In this document: positions 56,891 through 64,000 of the stretch, piece by piece
How the letters are laid out: each line of letters starts with the position of its first letter
How positions within the stretch are numbered: the stretch's first letter is position 1
Origin: a virus
Strand: one strand, 5' to 3'
DNA length: 64,000 nucleotides
Virus record (IMG/VR): IMGVR_UViG_3300037459_000157
Location: 6,640-70,639 of that record
Program-made: the position numbers and the translations under genes
Notes under the pieces: generated by a model
Told to the model about the DNA's origin: nothing
Seen by the model: the letters and a program-made list of their open reading frames with translations, nothing else
Databases searched by the model: none

Positions 56891-57421
56891 CTACTTCGAT
56901 GCGTTCGCAGGTGCGAAGTTGACCACGAGCGGCTCGATGCGGAGTCGCTGAGGCTGGTCAGTGTAGAGGTACTGGCCGCTCCACTGGTGGTACTTGCCTC
57001 GGGTGTCCCAGAAGTAGATGTAGGGCGAGCTTGAACCGTAGGTGCCCTCGTCACCTGGTGCTGCAACTAAGCACTCTCCGTATGACGACCCCTTATCACA
57101 CCTGACCTTCCGCCATGTCTTGGTGAGGCGCTTTCCTCCGGACGAGACTTTGCCCTTCACGTCAGTGTACATGATGGGCTGACCCGCCGCATTGAGCAGG
57201 GTGATGAATCCGACTTTTCCCGGCTCACCGGTGAGCTTGAGCCGACGCTTGAGGTTTTCGATCTCAGTGTTTCGAGTGAACTTGACCGACTTCGCAGCCT
57301 GAGCTGCTTTCTGCGACTGGGTGGACTTGGTCGTATTCATGCCTGACCGCTGTTCACAGGCAGACATGGAGAAAATGGCAGCAGCAAGCCCGAGAATGAT
57401 GAGGTGTTGTTTTGTATTCAT
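56891..57421 (-). CDS. Lipoprotein
   Basis: MSAC lipobox; GKVSS..KRL...D.GTYGSS..YIY. Confidence 0.7.
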   Translation of the reverse strand: MNTKQHLIILGLAAAIFSMSACEQRSGMNTTKSTQSQKAAQAAKSVKFTRNTEIENLKRRLKLTGEPGKVGFITLLNAAGQPIMYTDVKGKVSSGGKRLTKTWRKVRCDKGSSYGECLVAAPGDEGTYGSSSPYIYFWDTRGKYHQWSGQYLYTDQPQRLRIEPLVVNFAPANASK

Positions 57422-57424
57422 GTC

Positions 57425-57841
57425 CTATTCGCAATCTGAAAGTGGGAGTGTGTGTGGCAGGTCGTTTGATTTGAAAATGGATCGATTCAACTTCTGTGAA
57501 TCGGCGTTGTACTCGGAAGCCATCGAGCGGCATGAGCTCTTCAGGGCCGCGAACTCCATGCGAAGGCGTCGGAGCTCAACCTTGTCGTCCTCTGACTTGG
57601 CGGTGGCTACGAGCTCGGTGTGCGTTGCGATGTCTGCTGTCCGAGCCTTGAACTGTTCCGAAACATCGTAGAACTGCTCGTAGTTGAATATGATGTTGTC
57701 GGCGTCGAGAGTCCGGTTAGCTACTCCGCATATGCCCATTTGGGTCGAGGCTGCGATCGCTCCGGCCACCATGCAGATCCCGATGATACCGGCTATGAGT
57801 TTCAGGGGTTCGCTTGTTTCGGTTTCTAGGTGAATGCTCAT
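57425..57841 (-). CDS. Membrane-anchored coiled-coil protein
   Basis: TM helix; NYE.F...EYNA...NR..F...LP. Confidence 0.65.
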   Translation of the reverse strand: MSIHLETETSEPLKLIAGIIGICMVAGAIAASTQMGICGVANRTLDADNIIFNYEQFYDVSEQFKARTADIATHTELVATAKSEDDKVELRRLRMEFAALKSSCRSMASEYNADSQKLNRSIFKSNDLPHTLPLSDCE

Positions 57842-57902
57842 CAGTTACTCAGTCTTTCTTTCGACTCTTCGTGCGGGGCTGTGTGGGTTGAGTGACTGCG
57901 GA

Positions 57903-58253
57903 CTATGACCGGGCCGTGTCCGACTCCAACTGGTCGGGGTTGGCTGCGTAGTAGGAGCGATTGAGCTTGGCCGCCATCTCCTCAGCCTCGACCATGGCGC
58001 GGGCATAGGCGCTGCGACTCGTCTTGCCAACACTGCATCGCTCCCACATCTCCGCGACTCGCACCATGCCTTGCGCCCAGTCATCTATCTTCGACGGCCG
58101 GGTCTGGCCAAGCTCGTGCAATGCGTCAGTGTCCACCTCGACCACGGCAACACGGCGGTACTGACCTCGACACGAGCTGGGCATGGGCGCTGTTGAGGAC
58201 ATGACCTGGAACCGGCTGATGAGGGGGGAATCGGTGATGACTGGGTTGGCCAT
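57903..58253 (-). CDS. Hypothetical phage protein
   Basis: ATG 7 nt after the promoter -10. Confidence 0.6.
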   Translation of the reverse strand: MANPVITDSPLISRFQVMSSTAPMPSSCRGQYRRVAVVEVDTDALHELGQTRPSKIDDWAQGMVRVAEMWERCSVGKTSRSAYARAMVEAEEMAAKLNRSYYAANPDQLESDTARS

Positions 58254-58256
58254 GGC

Positions 58257-58466
58257 TCAACTATGGGACTCGACACTCCCGGTGTCAAGCAATTGGGCAT
58301 AGAGATTGAGATATCCAGCGGCCACCACGCGGCTGGACCTCGTCGCTCCGGTCCGCACCAGAGCATAAAGCGCGAGTTCGTACTCAGGCGGGCCGAGCTC
58401 TCGGCCCTCTTCGTCGAGCAGGGCGCGGGCTCGGACGGCTGATTCGGGGTCGGTGGACCAGGTCAT
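58257..58466 (-). CDS. Hypothetical protein
   Basis: GGAGGG RBS, ATGA overlap. Confidence 0.5.
   Translation of the reverse strand: MTWSTDPESAVRARALLDEEGRELGPPEYELALYALVRTGATRSSRVVAAGYLNLYAQLLDTGSVESHS
58260..58288 (-). promoter_or_regulatory. Promoter TTGACA-N17-CATAGT with operator GACAC-N5-GTGTC (58272-58286)
   Basis: Perfect palindrome overlapping the -35. Confidence 0.6.
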
Positions 58467-58723
58467 ATGCCCTCCGGCCGGCTGAAGCGGACCTCGGCAT
58501 ATACGGTGCCATTGTTAATATCCATCCAAATATTACCCTCTGTCCATGTCCCAACGGGCAGGTTTCTGAAGATGGCAGTTGCTATCTCTTGGTCGTCTCC
58601 ACCATCAACGGTGATGTGAATGGTGCCCTGCTCAAAGTTCTCTGACATGCTCGCCGACCTCACGCCGGGGAGTTTGGCTAGAATCTCCTCAATCGTCATG
58701 CGACGCTCTGGCGCCTCGTTCAT
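58463..58723 (-). CDS. Stand-alone homolog of the baseplate-J central segment (~80 aa)
   Basis: LPGVRSA...EN...IHITVDGGDDQEIATAI...PVG....G...VRFSRP aligns by eye with 39886-41121; start 58723 or 58699. Confidence 0.7.
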   Translation of the reverse strand: MNEAPERRMTIEEILAKLPGVRSASMSENFEQGTIHITVDGGDDQEIATAIFRNLPVGTWTEGNIWMDINNGTVYAEVRFSRPEGI

Positions 58724-58850
58724 GTTGATGATTGAATCGAGAGCCTCGCGCCTGACGTGCTGCTGGTCTACGGTGAGCCCGTCGGCACACCCACCGAACA
58801 AGGTCAGCGCATCACAGGGGCGTATGAACGGCGGGTTGCCGTGGCACAGC

Positions 58851-59051
58851 TCACGCATGCGCACGCCTCCACCGCAGTATCGAGTGATTCGAGCAGCCGA
58901 CAACCCGCACCGAGCTGCGATGGTCGCCCATGCGCTTCGCCAGGTCCATCAGGTCAACGGCCTTGCGCTGCTGGAATGGTGACTTGCGTCGGACGCCCTT
59001 GATCTCCTTGCGGAACTGAAGGCAGAGACTGGTGTATTCGTTGTAGGTCAT
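58851..59051 (-). CDS. Small basic HTH-like protein
   Basis: ATGA overlap; VVGCSNHSILRWRR. Confidence 0.5.
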   Translation of the reverse strand: MTYNEYTSLCLQFRKEIKGVRRKSPFQQRKAVDLMDLAKRMGDHRSSVRVVGCSNHSILRWRRAHA

Positions 59052-59425
59052 ACCATCTCCATCAGCAGCACTGCGGCTTGCTCTACGGTGATTCCCGTGA
59101 CCTTGACCCCGTTGGATAGGGTAAGCTCGATGGTGGCCTTAGGCTTTGGCTTGGTGAGTCTGACGGGAACCGGCACAGCAACGACTGTCGCCGCGGGGTG
59201 ACTCTGGCCCAGCTTCGACCAGTTCCACAGGGTGCCGTGTGATATGCCAAGCCGCTTGCATGTCGATGCTTGACCGATGCTTGCAAGCTTGCCGATGGCA
59301 GCGATGCGCACGGCTTCGGCCTTGCTGTCGGATGACAGGCGCATCCCCCTGGTGACCTTCGGGTTCGCCACCTTCCAGGCTTTGATGCGGGCGGAGTATT
59401 CTTTCTTGAGATTTGTCTTGTTCAT
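59048..59425 (-). CDS. IS66 TnpA-like HTH protein without a transposase
   Basis: RLGISHGTLWNW...IELTLSNGVKVTGITVEQAAVLL. Confidence 0.55.
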   Translation of the reverse strand: MNKTNLKKEYSARIKAWKVANPKVTRGMRLSSDSKAEAVRIAAIGKLASIGQASTCKRLGISHGTLWNWSKLGQSHPAATVVAVPVPVRLTKPKPKATIELTLSNGVKVTGITVEQAAVLLMEMV

Positions 59426-59455
59426 GGTGTTCACTTGGGAGTGTGCGGGATTGGG

Positions 59456-59926
59456 TTAATCATCGGACGGGGGCGGGGGTGCGGGGAGCCAGCGTGAAAA
59501 CTGAGACTTCAGCCCCCATAGCGCGCCGGGCATCTCTGTCCGATAGACATGGGAGCACCACTCGTAGCATTTCCAGATGTGAATGTGCTGCCCCAACTCC
59601 GGCCACTCGCCCTTGCGCGTGTCTCGGATGCGGTGTTTGTCCTCGGCGAAGGTCGCCACTCGCTCTAGGTCCTTGATGTGCTCCATTGACGTGTAGAGCT
59701 TGTCGTAGACCCCGAGCGGGAGGCTGCCGAGATCGAGATCGACCATGAACTTGGCGAGCTCGTTGGCAAAGCCCGGTTCGAATATCCGCTCGCTAGCCCT
59801 GCTGACGTGGGTCTGTAGTCGGGTGACTTCGGCCTCTGCGTGGCTAAGCGCGGACTTGAGTTCACCTATGGTGACCGTGGAATCGGACAGCGTCTCGCGG
59901 ATTTCGGTTAGAACGTCGTAGCTCAT
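59456..59926 (-). CDS. Accessory protein, DUF551-like C-terminus
   Basis: EWPE....SRWLPAPPPP. Confidence 0.55.
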   Translation of the reverse strand: MSYDVLTEIRETLSDSTVTIGELKSALSHAEAEVTRLQTHVSRASERIFEPGFANELAKFMVDLDLGSLPLGVYDKLYTSMEHIKDLERVATFAEDKHRIRDTRKGEWPELGQHIHIWKCYEWCSHVYRTEMPGALWGLKSQFSRWLPAPPPPSDD

Positions 59927-60624
59927 GACTTCACCTCCGGCGGCTTGGGGAGTGGGGACCAGTGGGTGGCCCACTCACAGGGTCTGCTCACGAAGCCATA
60001 GGTCACGTAATCCATTTCAGCATTGGTGAGGAGGACTTCTTCATCATCCGGCGGGTCGTCGAGGCTCCGCCACTGCACACCATCCCCCGTGCCGGCCCCA
60101 TGGCATGGGCACGAACCTTTCAGGAACCCAACTCCCGGGCGCAGCCCGCCACAGTTATCGCAGCCGGTGTATCGCAGCCCGCATGTCCCGAGCACATCAA
60201 GCGCGTGGCGGGTATCATTGTCGAGCTCGGCATAGTTACCCGGGCCGGCCCACTTGCTGAGGGCGGTGGTGAGTTCGGTGGACGTAGAGCGGTCGAGTAC
60301 GGTCAAGTATGACCCGTCGTCGCCATCCATGATGAACATGAGGCCGCCGCGGCACTCGGTCTCGATCTCAAGGCTGAGCGACTGGTCATCATGCCTGAGC
60401 AGGGTCACCGGCACAAACGGCTCCCGCGGCCGCAGTTGCTCGACGTCGTCCTCTAGGTCGGCGATGCGTTCGAGTAGGCCGGGTATGGCCCGGGCGAGCT
60501 TGACCGATGCGGCTGTGTTGTGTCGATGGTGGACCATGACATCGGCCGCGAGTTCGGCCAGGTCTTTGGTCGGGTCGGTGATGACCTCTGTGACTTCGAT
60601 GGTGGGTTTGATTTGGGTTGTCAT
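59923..60624 (-). CDS. Mosaic accessory protein, DUF551 C-terminus
   Basis: WRSLDDPPDDEEVLL...ATHWSPLPKPP. Confidence 0.65.
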   Translation of the reverse strand: MTTQIKPTIEVTEVITDPTKDLAELAADVMVHHRHNTAASVKLARAIPGLLERIADLEDDVEQLRPREPFVPVTLLRHDDQSLSLEIETECRGGLMFIMDGDDGSYLTVLDRSTSTELTTALSKWAGPGNYAELDNDTRHALDVLGTCGLRYTGCDNCGGLRPGVGFLKGSCPCHGAGTGDGVQWRSLDDPPDDEEVLLTNAEMDYVTYGFVSRPCEWATHWSPLPKPPEVKS

Positions 60625-61184
60625 GATGATGCCTCGATTCTCGTTCCCATCCACTCGTAGGATATTCTGTACCAGGTCTTGACCATGATAACATCGTCGA
60701 CTAGAGCCGTGCACTTGCTCGACTTGTCAATATCCATTTCAAAGCTGTCGCCGTCTGTCGTGTAGACCTTCAGCTTACGGCTGTACTCTTGGCTGAATCT
60801 TTCGAATCGCTTGCCGTATACCATCCATCTACTACTGTGCGGCTTTGAAGGATACGGCGGATAGAAGTATCCGTCTGGGTCTTCGCTCGGCTCAAAGTCG
60901 TAGGTCGTTGACCTTAAGAATCCATCCACCGTGCGAACAGTGTAGATGTTGGACGCCTCACTGCTTGAGTAGTGGGTGTAGTCATAGCGCTCACCATCAG
61001 CGTCGAGAGCGGTGCGGGTTTCCGAATAGTTGGCATCCCACCATCGACTGTAGGTGCTCTGGCACTGCTTGACGACAGCCGGGCGTTCGCCGAAGCCCGC
61101 GAATACGAATATGGCAAGGAGAGCTATGGGGCCGCCGATATTGATCGATGTCTCGTGTCTCCTGTAGAATGCTCGGTATTTCAT
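60621..61184 (-). CDS. Membrane-anchored hypothetical protein
   Basis: GGAGGTG RBS; one TM segment. Confidence 0.6.
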   Translation of the reverse strand: MKYRAFYRRHETSINIGGPIALLAIFVFAGFGERPAVVKQCQSTYSRWWDANYSETRTALDADGERYDYTHYSSSEASNIYTVRTVDGFLRSTTYDFEPSEDPDGYFYPPYPSKPHSSRWMVYGKRFERFSQEYSRKLKVYTTDGDSFEMDIDKSSKCTALVDDVIMVKTWYRISYEWMGTRIEASS

Positions 61185-61402
61185 TTCATCACCTCCGCAG
61201 CCTTGTCGCACACAGCCCGCGCCGCCTTACGGTCGACGTCGGCTGCCATTATCAGCAGCTCACTCGCTACCCACCTCGCTATGTGTGGCGGTAGCCTCAG
61301 GACCGAGTCGCTGTCGAGGGCGCTGAGGTTGATGTTGTAGCCCTCAATCTTGAGCGAGAGATCGCCCGGGTCATCTATGTGAGTGGGGTTTGGGTGGGTC
61401 AT
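61181..61402 (-). CDS. Hypothetical protein
   Basis: Coupled ORF. Confidence 0.5.
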   Translation of the reverse strand: MTHPNPTHIDDPGDLSLKIEGYNINLSALDSDSVLRLPPHIARWVASELLIMAADVDRKAARAVCDKAAEVMK

Positions 61403-61605
61403 TTGATTCCAGCCTCGTCTATTCGGTCGTCTATTCGGTCCCTAATGAGGTCCGCTGCCGTGGACAGTTCAGCGCTAATCGCTTGAAGAGACTCATACAT
61501 CTCCTCTCGCTCGTTACTGCTCTCGTCAGATGCATCTTCGCAAAGCTCGCACACCCTAAGCGTCATGAGCTCGATTTGGCCGACCAGTAGCTTCAGCTCT
61601 CTCAC
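61399..61605 (-). CDS. Small acidic helical protein
   Basis: Coupled ORF with GGAGG RBS. Confidence 0.5.
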   Translation of the reverse strand: MRELKLLVGQIELMTLRVCELCEDASDESSNEREEMYESLQAISAELSTAADLIRDRIDDRIDEAGIK

Positions 61606-61997
61606 GACCCACCTCCGCTCTGGTCGGGGAGTGGGAGCCAGTGTCGAGGGGCTGAGCCGACTGGCCTGTCGTAGCCGTGCTCCGTGTCCCAGTGGCCCTG
61701 AGCCATGTCAGAGCGCCCGCTCCATGTCGTCGTGTCCCATCCCAGGCTCTGGCCTGACGGGTTGAACCATTCGGCTAGGACTCTCTGCGCCTTAGCATCC
61801 ACCATCGGCCTGGGCTGCTGGGTGGATTCTAGGTGGGCTAGGCGGGTGCGTAGGCCAATCAGCTCGGCGACAGCGACTCGAACCGCCTCGTCGTCATATG
61901 TGGCGATTGCGGCGTCCTGTGCCCGGGAAATGTCCTCGAGGAGTTCTGAGAGTTGGCCATCGCTGAGCTCCTGGGTGGGTTGGGTTGGGGCGGTCAT
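61602..61997 (-). CDS. Accessory protein, DUF551-like C-terminus
   Basis: QPRPM...PRHWLPLP. Confidence 0.6.
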   Translation of the reverse strand: MTAPTQPTQELSDGQLSELLEDISRAQDAAIATYDDEAVRVAVAELIGLRTRLAHLESTQQPRPMVDAKAQRVLAEWFNPSGQSLGWDTTTWSGRSDMAQGHWDTEHGYDRPVGSAPRHWLPLPDQSGGGS

Positions 61998-62179
61998 GGT
62001 GTTGGGGCCTCTAACGCTTTGAGTCGCGCATCAAGATCGTTCAGACAACCCTCAGATATCTCGGACGATTTTATTTTAGCGAGATATATTCGTGTGAACA
62101 TATGTCGCATCATCAGGGCCGATGCCGCGAACGAGGCGAAGCTGCTGAGGGCGATCCATAGTGCAACATCGGAGATCAT
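61994..62179 (-). CDS. Small membrane protein
   Basis: Bounded by junction repeats. Confidence 0.55.
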   Translation of the reverse strand: MISDVALWIALSSFASFAASALMMRHMFTRIYLAKIKSSEISEGCLNDLDARLKALEAPTP

Positions 62180-62403
62180 GGGGTTGGGTCCTTTCGATAT
62201 CTGTAGGTCGGTGCAATCGCCTGGATGAGCTTCTCGGTCGGGCCCCATGTCTGGATGTCGAAGCCGAATCCGTTGGCAACCTCTCGAAGCCTGGCAACGA
62301 ACTTGTCCATCTCCTCACCAGTCCGATCACTGCCATCCTCGTCGCTGAAGTTCATGGCGAAGCTCGATTGGCCTGGGTGGACTGGTGTCTTGTACTCGGT
62401 CAT
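62176..62403 (-). CDS. Hypothetical protein
   Basis: Bounded by identical junction repeats. Confidence 0.6.
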   Translation of the reverse strand: MTEYKTPVHPGQSSFAMNFSDEDGSDRTGEEMDKFVARLREVANGFGFDIQTWGPTEKLIQAIAPTYRYRKDPTP

Positions 62404-62542
62404 GGGGTTGGGTCCTGATTGCTCAGCGTATTCATGAGCCTGGCTTCACCCCCTGAGCTGGTGCTCGTCGAGGTGAGCCTCGTCGCGCACCTCTTCAATG
62501 GCAAGCACATACCCTTGGCGCTATGTAGTTTTGCTCTTAGTT

Positions 62543-62827
62543 TCATGTTGACTCCTCGGGGGTGGTCTCCTCAGCTTCAACTGGCACAGCATCCAGGATG
62601 CTATAGATCCACCTAGTCGTGCTCTCCTCGATGTCGTCGCTTTGAAAAGCTTTGCTTAGGCCTTTCAAGGCCTCGAAAATGCGGATCGGTTTAATCCGGA
62701 GCTCCATGGGGCGCCCCTCGCCGGCTGTCATTTCTGATTCGTTTTCGAGAATGAGCTGCGCAAGACCCTCGATATTCTGAGCCTGTTTCAGTTGCCTGTA
62801 CTTGTTTAGTTGATCTATGAGTTCCAT
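62543..62827 (-). CDS. Hypothetical protein
   Basis: AAGGA RBS before MELIDQ. Confidence 0.55.
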   Translation of the reverse strand: MELIDQLNKYRQLKQAQNIEGLAQLILENESEMTAGEGRPMELRIKPIRIFEALKGLSKAFQSDDIEESTTRWIYSILDAVPVEAEETTPEEST

Positions 62828-62876
62828 GGGGTGTCCTTTGGGGTGGGTGCGGTTTCGAATTGGTCGGCGAGCCAGT

Positions 62877-63368
62877 CTATTTGAGCAGGTCCCTGACGGC
62901 CCGGGCCTGAGCCTTGGCGGCCGCAGCCTGAACCTTTGCATCCTGGACAGTCTTCTTGGCCGCAGCCATCGTTTCAGCGTACTTCTCAAGCTCCTTGCCA
63001 TATATCTTCTTGCCATCGATCACCAGTACGGGGCCTTTGATTCTATCTCCACCGACATAGTCCTTGATGACCTTGCCTCCTACTTTGATCTCGCGTCTGA
63101 TCGTGGGGGTTCTCCTGCGATCGTTCGACCCGCCCTCCTTGACCGTAACCTCGACCACTTCGCCACTGATGATAGTCGTCGTCGTGCTGCGCCCGCCGAT
63201 CTTGTCACCGTAGATCTTGTCACCGTAAACCGTATCGCCAGTTGAGGGGGCTGATTGCTCGTCGTCTGTTTTTGTGTTCATGTTCTTGTCCGATCTGAGT
63301 GATATGTCCACGTCGCGCCCGCAGGCAATGGACAGTAGTGCGGCTGTCAATAGTAGTGGTTTTGTCAT
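62877..63368 (-). CDS. Lipoprotein with GD(K/R)I repeats
   Basis: LSIAC lipobox; VYGDKIYGDKIGG and YVGGDRI. Confidence 0.65.
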   Translation of the reverse strand: MTKPLLLTAALLSIACGRDVDISLRSDKNMNTKTDDEQSAPSTGDTVYGDKIYGDKIGGRSTTTTIISGEVVEVTVKEGGSNDRRRTPTIRREIKVGGKVIKDYVGGDRIKGPVLVIDGKKIYGKELEKYAETMAAAKKTVQDAKVQAAAAKAQARAVRDLLK

Positions 63369-63369
63369 G

Positions 63370-63585
63370 TTAGGTGCCTTTCTTCTTCGATGGTCCGCCG
63401 TCCGAGATGCTCAACTCTGAAACCTTCTTGTGCACATCGAGGCCTCCCGTAAACATGAGCATCGATAACACTACGCCGCCGAAGTTTCCGAACGCTACCC
63501 AGCCGAGCCACCCAATTATGGACACGAAGAATATGCATCTATATAGTTCGTACATGTCGATTCTCATGGATTTATCTCGCCACAT
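63370..63585 (-). CDS. Small membrane protein
   Basis: Two hydrophobic segments. Confidence 0.5.
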   Translation of the reverse strand: MWRDKSMRIDMYELYRCIFFVSIIGWLGWVAFGNFGGVVLSMLMFTGGLDVHKKVSELSISDGGPSKKKGT

Positions 63586-63682
63586 CGCGTGTACCCGTGC
63601 TCAGTGAACAGGCAGAAACATGCGTGTATTCCGAAGCCAAATACCACACCTATGAATATAAATACGTGCGTTTTTCTGGGCA

Positions 63683-63991
63683 TCATTCACCCCCTGCAGC
63701 CATCATCTGCCTGCCCACATATGCCGCGTTCTCACGCGAGAGCGATATGCTCGCGTCGGGGCTATCGCCTTCGTACCCTGTGTATACGACCACCTTGTCC
63801 CCCTCCTCACACACTTCGATAATATATCGACCGTGTGTAGTGCCGACATCCACAGGCATCATCCACCCGACTGCCGCAATAATTACCCCCATGAAGTATA
63901 GTACTAATGGTGATACATTACGCGCAATCATCAACACGATTGATGCGAAGATTAGGGCAGTGCCTACCAATAGAATTGCTATGCTAATCAT
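63683..63991 (-). CDS. Membrane protein
   Basis: AAGGA RBS; two TM segments. Confidence 0.55.
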   Translation of the reverse strand: MISIAILLVGTALIFASIVLMIARNVSPLVLYFMGVIIAAVGWMMPVDVGTTHGRYIIEVCEEGDKVVVYTGYEGDSPDASISLSRENAAYVGRQMMAAGGE

Positions 63992-64000
63992 GTCCTTATA

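Larger units (their letters stand above)
61994..62416 (-). repeat. Gene-junction repeat AGGACCCAACCCCATGA (62176-62192, 62400-62416; 15/17 copy at 61994-62010)
   Basis: Direct repeats containing AGG(A) and ending in ATGA. Confidence 0.85.

Noticed and set aside
1-64000. Stop-codon reassignment suggested by the odd tRNA-like genes
   Set aside because: Core genes are intact in the standard code, all three stops are used, and neither RNA has a suppressor anticodon

Overview
This window is most or all of a GC-rich tailed phage genome with a contractile tail (myovirus type). About 0-10.7 kb is a rightward arm of small accessory genes (MazG-like, ASCH, DEDDh 3'-5' exonuclease, many ORFans). About 10.7-42.9 kb is the virion operon: terminase with a class-3-type LAGLIDADG intein, portal, MuF, a ~9 kb block of fibre-like genes inside the head module, DUF2213 protease/scaffold, cement protein, DUF2184 capsid, neck, DUF3383 sheath, two tube paralogs, a chaperone with a -1 frameshift site, tape measure, baseplate and tail fibre. 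About 42.9-64 kb is a leftward arm: a (Ser-X)31 repeat peptide, two non-canonical tRNA-like RNAs, SSB, Sak4-like ATPase, PD-(D/E)XK nuclease, two Prim-Pol genes, SNF2 helicase, double-HTH repressor, thermonuclease, SLOG protein, tandem-FHA protein and many ORFans. I recognised no integrase, DNA polymerase or endolysin. The tandem-FHA and IS66-TnpA-like genes hint at a myxobacterial host (inference only). The most unusual observations are: (i) the 42.95-44.1 kb locus of tRNA-like RNAs, twin hairpins and a Ser-repeat peptide; (ii) a stand-alone copy of a baseplate-J segment in the leftward arm; (iii) three families of repeats at gene junctions that make the accessory arms look like cassette arrays; (iv) a GACAC-N5-GTGTC operator shared by several promoters. 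All family assignments come from motif recognition by eye, not database searches.
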